Assembly (NCBI GenBank): GCA_001786575.1
Contig: MFRW01000001.1
Span: forward strand, 22,179 to 86,178
DNA from: Candidatus Moranbacteria bacterium RIFCSPHIGHO2_01_FULL_55_24
GTDB lineage: Bacteria; Patescibacteriota; Minisyncoccia; Moranbacterales; UBA1568
Length of the DNA: 64,000 nucleotides
Direction: 5' to 3'
Positions 16,411 to 26,348 of the stretch are shown piece after piece. Numbering within the stretch: position 1 is the first letter of the stretch; each line of letters opens with the position of its first letter. A program made the position numbers and the translations under genes. The notes below the pieces were generated by a model that saw only the letters and a list, made by a program, of their open reading frames with translations, did no database searches and was not told the origin of the DNA.

Positions 16411-19050
16411 ATGAATATCAATAAATTCACTACCAAGTCGCAGGAAGCCCTGCGCATGTCACAGGAGATCGCTTTGTCGCGGAGCAATCCGCAGATGGAC
16501 ACGGCGCATCTTCTCTACGCGCTCCTCTTGCAGGAAGAATCCATCGTCCCGGTAATCGTGGGCAAGCTGGATGTCGATATCGAGGACATCAAGGGAGCGA
16601 CGCTTACGGAGATCGAGTCCTTTCCGCAGGCAGAGTCGGGAGCGGTCGGCCAGCTGTATCTTTCGCAGGCCCTGGCCCAGGCGTTCGGCGAAGCGGAGAA
16701 GCAGATGGAGAAGATCGGCGACAGTTTCGTATCGACGGAGCATCTGCTCCTGGCGCTTCTTTCAGTGCCGAGCAAGGTACAGAAGATCCTGGAAGAAGCG
16801 GGCATCAGCTATGACCGAACGCTTCAGATCATGACCGAAGTGCGCGGCGGGCAGAGAGTGGAAAGCCAGGCGCCCGAAGCGACGTATCAGGCTCTCGAAA
16901 AATACGCAATCAACCTGACCAAGGAAGCGCGCGAAGAGAAGCTCGACCCGGTAATCGGACGCGACGAGGAGATCCGCCGGGTGATGCAGGTGCTTTCGCG
17001 CCGTACCAAGAATAACCCGGTCTTGATCGGAGAGGCCGGGACCGGAAAGACGGCTATCGCCGAAGGTCTGGCCCAGCGCATCGTTTCCGGAGATGTGCCG
17101 GAAAATCTGAAGAACAAGGAGATCATCGCGCTCGATCTGGGAGCGCTCCTCGCTGGGGCGAAGTTCCGCGGCGAGTTCGAAGAGCGCCTCAAGGCGATTC
17201 TGAAGGAAGTGGAACGCGCCGCAGACCGTTTCATCCTCTTCATCGACGAGCTCCACACGCTCGTCGGAGCGGGAGCGACTGAAGGGTCGCTCGACGCGTC
17301 GAATATGCTGAAGCCGGCACTCGCGCGCGGCAAGCTGCGCACGATCGGCGCGACCACGCTCAAGGAATACCAGAAATATATCGAGAAAGACGCGGCGCTC
17401 GAACGCCGCTTCCAGCCCGTCTACGTCTCCGAGCCGTCCGAAGAGGATGCGATCGCCATCCTGCGCGGCATCAAGGAGAAATATGAGCTCCATCACGGCG
17501 TCAAGATCACGGATGACGCGCTCATCGCAGCCGTCAAGATGTCGCGGCGCTATATCACCGACCGCTTCTTGCCGGACAAAGCAATCGACCTCATCGACGA
17601 GGCAGCATCGCTCCGCCGCATGGAGATCGATTCGCTTCCGACCGAGCTGGACCAGCTGGAACGCAATATCCGCCGCATGGAAATCGAGAAACGGGCGCTC
17701 GAGAAAGATAGCGACAAGGGCAGTAAGGCGAAGATCAACGCTCTGGAGCGCGAGCTTTCCGAATTGAAAGAGCGTTCCAAGAAATTGATGCTCCAATGGA
17801 AGTCCGAGCGCGATCTCATCATGGCGATCCGGAAGCATAAGGAGGAGATAGACCGGTTCCGTTCAGAGGCGGAAATGGCCGAGCGTCGGGGCGAATTGGA
17901 TCAGGTCGCCGAGATCCGCTACGGGAAGATCCCGAATCTGGAAAAGGAAATCAGTACAGAGGAGAAAAAAATGGCTCGGCTCCAGAAGACGAGTTTTCTC
18001 TTGAAGGAGGAGATCGCTGAAGAGGATATCGCACAAGTGGTTTCCCGCTGGACAGGTATCCCAGTCGCGAAGATGCTCGAGAAAGAGACCGAAAAACTCG
18101 TCCATTTGGAGGCAGAATTGAAGAAACGAGTGGTCGGGCAGGATGAAGCGATTCATGCGATCGCGAATGCTATCCGCCGCTCCCGTGCCGGCCTCTCGGA
18201 AGAGACGCGGCCGATCGGATCCTTCATCTTCCTCGGGACGACCGGCGTCGGGAAGACCGAACTCGCCAAGGCTTTGGCCGAGGTGCTTTTCGACGATGAG
18301 AAATCGCTGGTACGGGTGGATATGAGCGAGTACATGGAATCGCATTCGACGGCGAAGCTCATCGGTTCGCCGCCGGGATACGTGGGTTATGAGGAGGGTG
18401 GGCAGCTGACCGAGACGATCCGGCGCCGCCCATACAGCGTGATCCTCTTCGATGAGATCGAGAAGGCTCATCCGGATGTCTTCCATATCTTCCTTCAGAT
18501 TCTGGACGACGGCCGCCTGACGGATGCCAAGGGACGGACAGTGAACTTCAAGAATACCGTCATCATCATGACTTCCAATGTCGGATCGGAAATCCTCGTA
18601 CGTTCCCGGGACCTGGGATTCAAGGAAGAGAGCAGGAAGAATGTTGCCTTGCGCGAGACCGAGATCCGCGAGCGGATCGAAGGGGCTCTCCGCGAGACGT
18701 TCCGCCCGGAATTCTTGAACCGTATCGATGAGACGATCATCTTCCATCCGCTCTCGCCGGAAGTGCTTTCCGGGATCGTGGATCTTCAGATCGAGATTCT
18801 GAAAAAGCGTTTCGAAGAGCGGGAAATCTCCATTACCTTCGAGCCGAGCGCGAAGCGGTACTTGGCCAAGCAGGGCTATGATCCCCTCTATGGCGCCCGG
18901 CCGCTCAAGCGGGTCATCCAGAACGAAGTGCTCGATCCGCTCGCGCTTGAAATTTTGGAGAAAAAGGTTCAAAGTGGGGATAGCGTCCGTGTCACTCTCG
19001 CGAAAGGCAAGCTGATTTTCAAGAGCGAAAAGAAAGGCCGGACCCGCTAA
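16411..19050 (+). CDS. clpB: ATP-dependent chaperone ClpB
   Basis: N-domain, D1 ([15 protein letters not shown]; FILFIDELH), long coiled-coil middle domain, D2 ([15 protein letters not shown]; [10 protein letters not shown]; sensor 2 GARPLKR). Start moved to the ATG at 16411 (MNINKFT). Confidence 0.9.
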   Translation: MNINKFTTKSQEALRMSQEIALSRSNPQMDTAHLLYALLLQEESIVPVIVGKLDVDIEDIKGATLTEIESFPQAESGAVGQLYLSQALAQAFGEAEKQMEKIGDSFVSTEHLLLALLSVPSKVQKILEEAGISYDRTLQIMTEVRGGQRVESQAPEATYQALEKYAINLTKEAREEKLDPVIGRDEEIRRVMQVLSRRTKNNPVLIGEAGTGKTAIAEGLAQRIVSGDVPENLKNKEIIALDLGALLAGAKFRGEFEERLKAILKEVERAADRFILFIDELHTLVGAGATEGSLDASNMLKPALARGKLRTIGATTLKEYQKYIEKDAALERRFQPVYVSEPSEEDAIAILRGIKEKYELHHGVKITDDALIAAVKMSRRYITDRFLPDKAIDLIDEAASLRRMEIDSLPTELDQLERNIRRMEIEKRALEKDSDKGSKAKINALERELSELKERSKKLMLQWKSERDLIMAIRKHKEEIDRFRSEAEMAERRGELDQVAEIRYGKIPNLEKEISTEEKKMARLQKTSFLLKEEIAEEDIAQVVSRWTGIPVAKMLEKETEKLVHLEAELKKRVVGQDEAIHAIANAIRRSRAGLSEETRPIGSFIFLGTTGVGKTELAKALAEVLFDDEKSLVRVDMSEYMESHSTAKLIGSPPGYVGYEEGGQLTETIRRRPYSVILFDEIEKAHPDVFHIFLQILDDGRLTDAKGRTVNFKNTVIIMTSNVGSEILVRSRDLGFKEESRKNVALRETEIRERIEGALRETFRPEFLNRIDETIIFHPLSPEVLSGIVDLQIEILKKRFEEREISITFEPSAKRYLAKQGYDPLYGARPLKRVIQNEVLDPLALEILEKKVQSGDSVRVTLAKGKLIFKSEKKGRTR

Positions 19051-19078
19051 TTTCCGCTTTCACCGAACCCGGCTTCCT

Positions 19079-19834
19079 ATGGTCTTCCATTTCTCCGTTT
19101 TCTTCTGGTCAGTAGTGTTCTTCCTCGGACTCCAAGGGGTAATACTGAACCCGATCACGCTCACCTGGAGCTGGTACCTCTTCGCAATCATCCCGCTCCT
19201 GGTGGTGGCCTTTCTGGCGGCGAACCGTCTGACGGGGAAGTATGCCGATGCCTATCTTCCCGGCCTCCTGGCAGTCTCGTCGCCGATTCTCCTCTCGTTC
19301 GTCGATCATCCGACGGAGCAGCAGATTTTCGTCTTCCTATGCTCCGGGATGTTCTATTTCGCGCTCCTCGGGATCTACCGCCTCCGCTATGCTCCGAATG
19401 ACAAGACCGCACAGGCGATTTTGAGCACCGCCGCTATGGCGGCGCTTTTCTTTTTCTTTTCCGGTATCTATGGGTTCTACCTGAACTTCTCTTTCCCGCT
19501 CTGGGGGATGATGCTCATTTTCTTCCTCGGGACCGCTCTGACGAGCTACGAGACGTTCATCGGCGTGGAGCGGGAAAACAAGCGGCGGGTGAAAATCTAC
19601 AGCGTGCTCCTCGGGCTCATGATGGGGGAGCTTGTCTGGATCATGAGCTTCTGGCCGTTCGGTTCGCTGACGACCGGAGCGATCGCCCTCATCTTCTACT
19701 TCATGGCCTGGGATATCGCTTTCGATACCTTCCGGAAGACGCTCTCGCTGCGGCGCGCCGTCATCCGCATGTTCCTCTTCTCGCTTTTGATCATTTTGCT
19801 CCTGGTGAGCTCGCCCTGGAGAATCCTGGTCTAG
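19079..19834 (+). CDS. Hypothetical polytopic membrane protein
   Basis: 251 aa with about 7 hydrophobic segments. No motif recognised. Confidence 0.5.
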   Translation: MVFHFSVFFWSVVFFLGLQGVILNPITLTWSWYLFAIIPLLVVAFLAANRLTGKYADAYLPGLLAVSSPILLSFVDHPTEQQIFVFLCSGMFYFALLGIYRLRYAPNDKTAQAILSTAAMAALFFFFSGIYGFYLNFSFPLWGMMLIFFLGTALTSYETFIGVERENKRRVKIYSVLLGLMMGELVWIMSFWPFGSLTTGAIALIFYFMAWDIAFDTFRKTLSLRRAVIRMFLFSLLIILLLVSSPWRILV

Positions 19835-19892
19835 ACAGTTGACAAACCCGCTAGAAAGGGTTTAGATAGAGTGTTCTTTACCAGAGAAAGGA

Positions 19893-20414
19893 GTGGGTTC
19901 TTTGAAACACAAGAAAATCATACTACCCGGCGCTATAAGCGAGCCGGAGCCTACATGTGTCGATTATCTGCTTTCGAAGATCAACCCCAAAGCGCGAATC
20001 AGCGATCTCATACGGGAGGCAAACTTCGAGTGGAATCTCACACCCGTGCCTTTCGTGGCCAGGCGGCGGTTGGTGCGCGAGATGCTTTACTATGGCCAAC
20101 CTGATTACGTGACGCTCGTGTTTTTTCCGCATGACATGTTCTTCGATCGCATCGCACCGCGTATCGAGTCTCTCGGGTATCGCTTCGCAGTCCTTCCCGA
20201 GCTTCTCCAGTTCGCAATCGATCATCCTGAAGTGCAGAACAGCCACCCGGTAGCAAGTCTCGATTACAAGTCAAAGTCTCGCCACGGCCCTTATAAGTAC
20301 CCTGTCCTCACGCGGAGGACCGATGGGCGGCTTATCGAGATGCGGGTCCCTGGAAAGAGACCGTGGAGCAAAGCGACCGGCTATCTATGTGTCCGGCAGG
20401 GAGAAATCCCATGA
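19893..20414 (+). CDS. Hypothetical protein
   Basis: GTG at 19893 or TTG at 19902, just after an AAGGAG RBS. No recognisable domain. Confidence 0.45.
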   Translation: MGSLKHKKIILPGAISEPEPTCVDYLLSKINPKARISDLIREANFEWNLTPVPFVARRRLVREMLYYGQPDYVTLVFFPHDMFFDRIAPRIESLGYRFAVLPELLQFAIDHPEVQNSHPVASLDYKSKSRHGPYKYPVLTRRTDGRLIEMRVPGKRPWSKATGYLCVRQGEIP

Positions 20415-20424
20415 ATCCCTACTG

Positions 20425-20461
20425 AAGCCCTGTAGAATATTCTTCTGCAGGGCTTTTCTCT
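20425..20461 (+). terminator. Intrinsic terminator
   Basis: GAAGCCCTG ... CAGGGCTT stem followed by TTTCTCTT. Confidence 0.6.
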
Positions 20462-20495
20462 TGTCAGGAATCGCGAAATGTGTTACAAATAGTAC

Positions 20496-21689
20496 TTGCA
20501 TATGAAGGCACCCCTTATTACAAAAAGCGCCCTTTTCATCCTCTTTCTCGGGGCAGTTTTCTTCGTGGGAGGCTTGGGCGGTATCGTCCTGGACCGCTAC
20601 GCCATACCGAAATTGGCAGCTCTTCCGAGCTTGAGCGGCAACCCGCTCCTCAAGAAGGCGACCGAACGCATCACTATCATCAATAAGACGGAACAGGTGG
20701 TGATCCGCGAAGATGATTCAGTAGAGAAGATCATTTCCCAACCGGCGACGACCGTGGTGAATATCATCTCCGTCTTCGATGCGCCCGTGGCCAAGAACGG
20801 CGAAACCGCGACGGAAGTAGCCGGTACGGAAGCGGCAGTAACGCGCACCGGCGTGCTTTTGACCAACGACGGGCTCATCGTTACATACGCGAACCGGGTA
20901 CCGGAGACGGAAGGCGTGCGCTACTCGGTCCTTCTTTTCGATGGCAAGAACTACGGCGCCCGCTTTGTCGGCTATGATACGCTGACGAACCTGGCATATT
21001 TCCACTTGGAGGAGAATCTCTCTGTTCCCGCTATCGCGCTTGCGAACTCCGATGATGCGCGTACCGGGAAGCGTCTTATCGCCATCGGGAACAGTTTCGC
21101 TGAATACCAGAACCGCATAGCTCTCGGCGTTTTAGGAAACATCAACCGCACCTTCAATCTCGCGGGAAAGTCAGTCTCTTCTTCCGAGAAATGGGAGGGA
21201 GTCTTTGAAATGGATTTTGCGAATGCTCGGAACTTCGTAGGAGGACCGGTCATCGGCTTTAACGGCGAGATGGTCGGCCTTGTCGGCCTGCTTTCGATCG
21301 ACAATCAAGAGGAGACTTTCCTCATTCCGGCGAATGTCGTCCGGAGCTCTTCCGAACGCGCCCTCTCCGGCAACCTGGAGAAGCGCGCCAATCTCGGCGT
21401 CTATTACCTGCCCATTACCAAGGCCTACGCATTGGGCCAGGGGATAAGCCGCGATCGCGGGGCGCTCGTCTACTCCTCTTCGGGGAAGACCGGTCTCGCC
21501 GTCCTCGACAACTCTTCCGCTATGCGCGCGGGTATCCGTGCCGGCGATATCATCACGGCCGTGGATGGCACCGAGATCAATCTCGACACGCCGCTCCCGG
21601 AAGTCCTGAACCGCTACAGCCAGGGCGACACGATCGAACTCACCCTGCTGCGGAACGGAGCCGAACTGAAGCTTCCGGTGAAGTTCTAA
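20496..21689 (+). CDS. HtrA/DegP-like trypsin-fold protein with C-terminal PDZ domain; catalytic triad H/D/S replaced by N/N/V (predicted inactive)
   Basis: N-terminal TM. Aligns to DegP with GYVVTNNHVV -> GLIVTYANRV, SDIALI -> TNLAYF and GNSGGALVNLNGELIG -> NFVGGPVIGFNGEMVG. PDZ motifs (GALVYSSSGKTGLAVLDNSSAMRAGIRAGDIITAVDG). Confidence 0.7.
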   Translation: MHMKAPLITKSALFILFLGAVFFVGGLGGIVLDRYAIPKLAALPSLSGNPLLKKATERITIINKTEQVVIREDDSVEKIISQPATTVVNIISVFDAPVAKNGETATEVAGTEAAVTRTGVLLTNDGLIVTYANRVPETEGVRYSVLLFDGKNYGARFVGYDTLTNLAYFHLEENLSVPAIALANSDDARTGKRLIAIGNSFAEYQNRIALGVLGNINRTFNLAGKSVSSSEKWEGVFEMDFANARNFVGGPVIGFNGEMVGLVGLLSIDNQEETFLIPANVVRSSSERALSGNLEKRANLGVYYLPITKAYALGQGISRDRGALVYSSSGKTGLAVLDNSSAMRAGIRAGDIITAVDGTEINLDTPLPEVLNRYSQGDTIELTLLRNGAELKLPVKF

Positions 21690-21711
21690 TATCCTTTGTC
21701 CGGATGTCCGT

Positions 21712-21744
21712 ACCGCGCCCCTTTTCCGGCGCGGTTTTTCTTTT
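21712..21744 (+). terminator. Intrinsic terminator
   Basis: ACCGCGCC/GGCGCGGT stem with an 8-nt loop, followed by TTTTTCTTTT. Confidence 0.75.
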
Positions 21745-21794
21745 GACAGGGGGTTTTCGCTCCGGTATCATTGAGAAAAGAACGAAGCCTCCTT

Positions 21795-23033
21795 ATGCGA
21801 CAGTCACGCCTGTTTACTCGGACCAAGAAAACTGCCCCCAAAGACGAAGTGAGCAAGAACGCGGAACTCCTGATCCGCGCTGGTTTCGTGCACAAAGAAA
21901 TGGCCGGAGTGTACGATTACCTGCCGCTCGGCCTGCGGACGCTCAACAAGATCATCGGGATCATCCGTGAAGAAATGAACGGTCTCGGCGCCGAGGAGCT
22001 CCTCATGAGTTCGCTTCAGAGGCCGGATGTCTGGAAGGCGACTGACCGCTGGGATAGTGAGAAAGTAGATGTCTGGTTCAAGACGACACTTCAGAGCGGC
22101 TCCGAGCTCGGCCTGGCGCTGACCCATGAAGACCCGCTTACCGATCTCATGCGCTCCTTCGTCTCTTCGTATCGCGACCTGCCGTTTTCTGTCTACCAGT
22201 TCCAGACGAAGTTCCGGAATGAGATGCGGGCCAAGTCCGGCATCATGCGCGGAAGAGAATTCATCATGAAAGACCTGTATTCATTCGCGAGGACCGAGGC
22301 AGAGCTCGATGCCTTCTACGAAGAGGCGGCTCTGGCCTATGAGCGCATCTTCGCGCGCGTGGGGCTCGGAGAAGAGACCTACAAGACGTTCGCAAGCGGC
22401 GGTATTTTCAGCAAGTACAGCCATGAGTTCCAAACGCTTTGCGAAGCCGGGGAAGACATCATCTATGTCGATGAAGAGAAACGGATCGCAATCAATGAGG
22501 AAGTGTTCACTGACGAAGTCCTCCAGGAGCTCGGTCTCGACAAAGAAAAGCTGGTCCAGAAGAAAGCCGTGGAAGTCGGCAACATCTTCAAGCTCGGCAC
22601 GCGTTTCTCGGAGCCGCTCTCGCTTACGTACAAAGATGAGCAAGGGAAGGACCAGATGGTCATCATGGGCTCCTACGGCATCGGTCCCGGTCGGGTGATG
22701 GGAGCTATCGTAGAAACCCATGCGGATGACAACGGGCTGGTCTGGCCGGAGGCAGTCGCGCCGTTCCGCGTGCACCTCCTTTCTCTCGGTGCGGACGAGA
22801 AAGCGACGGAAATCTATGAGGCTTTGGAAAAGGCTGGCATCGAAGTGCTCTATGACGACCGGGAAGCGAGCGCCGGCGAGAAATTTGCCGATGCGGATCT
22901 CCTCGGAATCCCGTACCGGGTCGTCATCGGCAAACGCTCCCAGGAGAGCGGCCATGCCGAGGTGAAGAAGCGTACCGAGAGCGCTGCCCAAGAAGTGGCT
23001 CTCGAAAGCCTCGTCTCTTATTTCCAGTCATAA
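21795..23033 (+). CDS. proS: Proline--tRNA ligase (class II, short form without editing domain)
   Basis: Motifs MRQSRLFTRT, FRNEMRAKSGIMRGREFIMKDLYSF (motif 2) and GSYGIGPGRVMGAIVE (motif 3). C-terminal anticodon-binding domain. Upstream in-frame ATG at 21771 is less likely. Confidence 0.9.
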   Translation: MRQSRLFTRTKKTAPKDEVSKNAELLIRAGFVHKEMAGVYDYLPLGLRTLNKIIGIIREEMNGLGAEELLMSSLQRPDVWKATDRWDSEKVDVWFKTTLQSGSELGLALTHEDPLTDLMRSFVSSYRDLPFSVYQFQTKFRNEMRAKSGIMRGREFIMKDLYSFARTEAELDAFYEEAALAYERIFARVGLGEETYKTFASGGIFSKYSHEFQTLCEAGEDIIYVDEEKRIAINEEVFTDEVLQELGLDKEKLVQKKAVEVGNIFKLGTRFSEPLSLTYKDEQGKDQMVIMGSYGIGPGRVMGAIVETHADDNGLVWPEAVAPFRVHLLSLGADEKATEIYEALEKAGIEVLYDDREASAGEKFADADLLGIPYRVVIGKRSQESGHAEVKKRTESAAQEVALESLVSYFQS

Positions 23034-23043
23034 AGAGCTGCTT

Positions 23044-24159
23044 ATGCGCGTCGCTCTCCAAGCGAGTGATCTCGATCATGAGCGGATCGATGGGACGCGT
23101 GTCTATCTCCGCGAGCTCTTGCGCCGTTTCGGGAGTCTTTCTCCCGAGACGGATTTTCTTCTCTACCACAGGTCGCGCTTCAACCCGGCGCTCGCTCCGC
23201 CAACTTTTCCGAATTACGTGGAGCGACTCCTCTCTTTCCCTCTAGCGTGGATGCAGACGCGCTTCGCATGGGCGATGTATCGTGAGCGTCCGGACAAGCT
23301 TTTCCTGCCGATCCAAGCTGCGCCGCTTTTCTTGCCGCAAGGATTGGAAGTCACCGCGACTATTCATGATCTGGCATTCAAGAAGTATCCGAAAACCTTT
23401 CCCCGGGAAGACCTGTTCAAGCTGAACTTCCTCTTAAACCGCGTGGTAAGCCGTGCCGACAAGCTCATCGCCGTATCGGAAGCGACCAAGCGCGATCTCC
23501 TTGATTTCTTCCCTCATCTTCCGCCGGAGCGCATCCATGTGATCCATCACGGCTTCGACGGAGCCTTTTTCGGAACGAAGCTTTCCCCGGAAGATCTGAA
23601 GCGCGAGCTCTGGGAGCATCGATTAGAAGCAGGAAGCTATATCCTCTATGTCGGCGCGCTTCAGCCGAGGAAAAACCTGATACGGCTCATCCGGGCGTTC
23701 GAAGGTGTGAAGCGCGAGTTTCCCGGACTCAAGTGCGTGTTGGCCGGAGAGGATGCCTGGCTTTCCGGAGGTATCAGGGAAGCGAGGGAAAAAAGCCCTT
23801 CTCGGGAAGACATTCTCTTGACCGGCCGCGTCTCTTTCGAAACATTACGTGCGCTCTACCAAGGAGCGCGGGCTTTCGTGTTCCCGTCGCTCTATGAAGG
23901 TTTCGGACTGCCTATCCTCGAAGCCTTCGCTTCCGGGACGCCGACCCTGGTGGCGCGGAACTCGAGCCTAGCCGAAGTGGCCGGCGAAGGAGCCCTTTTC
24001 TGCGAAGCGGAAGACGAGCGAGACATCGAAGAGAAACTCGGACTGCTTCTCCGGGACGAAACGCTCCGGGCATCGCTTCGGGAGAGAGCTTCCCGGGAGC
24101 TCGGACGGTTTTCTTGGGAAAAGACGGCAGAAGAGACCCTCCGCTGTATCCTGGGATAG
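23044..24159 (+). CDS. Glycosyltransferase family 4 (GT-B, group 1)
   Basis: C-terminal motif [26 protein letters not shown] (EX7E). Confidence 0.8.
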   Translation: MRVALQASDLDHERIDGTRVYLRELLRRFGSLSPETDFLLYHRSRFNPALAPPTFPNYVERLLSFPLAWMQTRFAWAMYRERPDKLFLPIQAAPLFLPQGLEVTATIHDLAFKKYPKTFPREDLFKLNFLLNRVVSRADKLIAVSEATKRDLLDFFPHLPPERIHVIHHGFDGAFFGTKLSPEDLKRELWEHRLEAGSYILYVGALQPRKNLIRLIRAFEGVKREFPGLKCVLAGEDAWLSGGIREAREKSPSREDILLTGRVSFETLRALYQGARAFVFPSLYEGFGLPILEAFASGTPTLVARNSSLAEVAGEGALFCEAEDERDIEEKLGLLLRDETLRASLRERASRELGRFSWEKTAEETLRCILG

Positions 24160-24212
24160 AGGGTGTATACTAGGAAGCAGAGTACTTTGAGAATGCGGAA
24201 GGAGGAAAACAG

Positions 24213-24728
24213 ATGCAAGCTCTCCAATCGGAATCGGCGGAGCGTCTCCGCTCGATATCATTTCTGCTCGGCAGGAGCGTAATCGGTTGCCAGGGTCTCG
24301 CGCATAATATCCGCACCAGCGGATACGGCCTTTCTGATCAAGCGGAAGCGCTCGTGTATGCGAATACCGAATGGTTTTATCTGGCAGATAATCGGAAATT
24401 CGCAGCGTTCCGGCTCATGGAACTCGGTTGCCGCAAGAAAATACCCTGGACAGAGCTCGAAGGGTATGCGGATGCGAACCATCTGGAGTACTGTCCGCTG
24501 GAGGGAGTGCTCCTCTATCGGCTTGAAAGACGCTCCGAGTTTGGCAGCGATGATTTCGTGACTGCATACATGCGGCCGCAGCTTCTCGCAGGCCGTCCGG
24601 CAGTATTGGAACTTTACTCGAAGGTCGACGGTTCGCAGGCCTTGCATGGCCTTCAGACCGAGCATGTCGATACGCTCGAGCTTGAGCCGCAAGATGCCGT
24701 GCTGTTCATGCTTCCCTACTACAGTTGA
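24213..24728 (+). CDS. Hypothetical protein
   Basis: 171 aa. GGAGGAAAACAG RBS upstream. No domain recognised. Confidence 0.45.
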   Translation: MQALQSESAERLRSISFLLGRSVIGCQGLAHNIRTSGYGLSDQAEALVYANTEWFYLADNRKFAAFRLMELGCRKKIPWTELEGYADANHLEYCPLEGVLLYRLERRSEFGSDDFVTAYMRPQLLAGRPAVLELYSKVDGSQALHGLQTEHVDTLELEPQDAVLFMLPYYS

Positions 24729-24735
24729 ATGCCAG

Positions 24736-24775
24736 CGGCCCTGTTTCGTGAATCACGAAGCGGGGCCGTTTTTTA
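24736..24775. terminator. Bidirectional terminator between convergent genes
   Basis: 15-bp stem CGGCCCTGTTTCGTG / CACGAAGCGGGGCCG (two G-U pairs) followed by TTTTTT. Confidence 0.7.
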
Positions 24776-25180
24776 GTCTCTTGCGAAGAAGAGCTGCCAG
24801 AAGAGAAAGAGGAGGGCCAGGGATGCCAAGACGAGGACAATGATTGCCCAGAGAGGGAATTTGTAGAGCGAGAGCGCGAGGATCCCCAGTATCCACAGAA
24901 GTGCGGGAACGAAGAGCAGGCGGTGCCAGGGTTTTTGGAGAGGGACATAGCTTTTCTCGAGCTTCTCTGCGAGGATGGCCGCCAGGAAGGTGAGGATGAG
25001 AAGGAAAAGGAGAAGGCCCGCGAGGCTGAAGCGCACCGTGACGAAGGTAGGGAGAAGGGTCTCCAGGGTAAACAGCCCGAGGAATCCGAGGTATCCGAAG
25101 ACGAGGAATTCCAAGAGGAGCGCGTGCATGACCGCGAGTGCGTTCCGATCTTTGAAGATGGCGGGGGATATTTTCTTCAT
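24773..25180 (-). CDS. Hypothetical membrane protein (4 TM)
   Basis: 135 aa, strongly hydrophobic. Confidence 0.5.
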   Translation of the reverse strand: MKKISPAIFKDRNALAVMHALLLEFLVFGYLGFLGLFTLETLLPTFVTVRFSLAGLLLFLLILTFLAAILAEKLEKSYVPLQKPWHRLLFVPALLWILGILALSLYKFPLWAIIVLVLASLALLFLFWQLFFARD

Positions 25181-25187
25181 AGTGTTT

Positions 25188-26336
25188 CTAGATTCCGAAG
25201 CGGGTCAGGAAGCGCTGCTTCATCTGTGAGAGGAGGAAGAGCATGTTTCCCGTACTTTTGTCGGTATGGAAGTCGAGCTCGAGCGAAGCGATATCGATGG
25301 ACGCGGATCCGTTCGCGATGTGAAGCTCGTAGTCATTCCCGGCGTTGTCCTGGAGGCTTAGGAGCGGGAGGCGGCAACCGAAAGAGCGGGTGAGAAGCGA
25401 AACGCTTTCTCCTCTGCAGGAGACGGATTCATCCAAGCGGCTCTGGCTGTAGCGGATGGGCGTCTGCTGTGCTATGAGGAAGTCTCTGTAGCCCGGATCC
25501 TTCAAGGCATGGCGCATGCCGTCCTGGATAAGGAAAAAGGTATCGGAATCCGTTTCTTGGAAAAGAGTCCCAGCCGGATGCAAAGCGCCTAAGAGGAAGA
25601 TCCTGCCGCGCTCGTAGATGCCGAGCTCCTCGGCATTCGCCGGGTACACATCCTCGAAGCGGTAGCCGAGTGCGAGGAAGATATCCGCGCTTCCGATCGG
25701 CCGCATCTCCGTCTCGCTTGTGATGATGAAGACGCCGTCCGCGAAGGAGACGAGAAGACCCGGGCGGAAGCCGAGCAGAGTTTCAGATAAAGGATAGCGG
25801 GAAAGAAATGTTTCGTCTTGCGGCAATGCCTGATCTTTCCGATAGCGCGTGAGGAATGCGTCTTCGCTAACGAAACGGTAGAGCGTATCGTCACGCAGGG
25901 AATAGTAGCGGTCGCCGATCCGATAGAGCGTGTCTTTCGGGAATCCGTCTAGAGGTGCGCCTTCCGGGAGCCAGGCGGCCCGATAGCCGCGGCGGAGAGA
26001 GAACTCGAGCGTTTCCGGATCGGAAGATTTGTCCTCCGGCACCAGGGAGATGCTTGCGTGTGAGAAGTTGCCGCTTATTCCGGCATTCCCTATAAGTATT
26101 CCTTCTGCCTCGAGGCGGCCGTTTCCGCGCGAGCTGCCATCGGGAGCCCGAGGATCAAGGAATGAATTCTTGCTGGCGCCAGGATTCTTGAAATCGAAGG
26201 TGAAAGGAATGGTCGGGAAGAGCGCCTTCTGGGCGAGGAAGAAAACGGTCGAGAACATCGCGATGAAGAGGAGGACACGCAGGCTCCTGTAGCGTTTGGA
26301 CCAGACTGGCGAAAGGGTTTCAGAGAGGAAAGGCAT
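25188..26336 (-). CDS. Hypothetical signal-anchored extracytoplasmic protein
   Basis: N-terminal TM (LLFIAMFSTVFFLAQ). No domain recognised. Confidence 0.5.
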   Translation of the reverse strand: MPFLSETLSPVWSKRYRSLRVLLFIAMFSTVFFLAQKALFPTIPFTFDFKNPGASKNSFLDPRAPDGSSRGNGRLEAEGILIGNAGISGNFSHASISLVPEDKSSDPETLEFSLRRGYRAAWLPEGAPLDGFPKDTLYRIGDRYYSLRDDTLYRFVSEDAFLTRYRKDQALPQDETFLSRYPLSETLLGFRPGLLVSFADGVFIITSETEMRPIGSADIFLALGYRFEDVYPANAEELGIYERGRIFLLGALHPAGTLFQETDSDTFFLIQDGMRHALKDPGYRDFLIAQQTPIRYSQSRLDESVSCRGESVSLLTRSFGCRLPLLSLQDNAGNDYELHIANGSASIDIASLELDFHTDKSTGNMLFLLSQMKQRFLTRFGI

Positions 26337-26348
26337 AGGGAGAATGGG

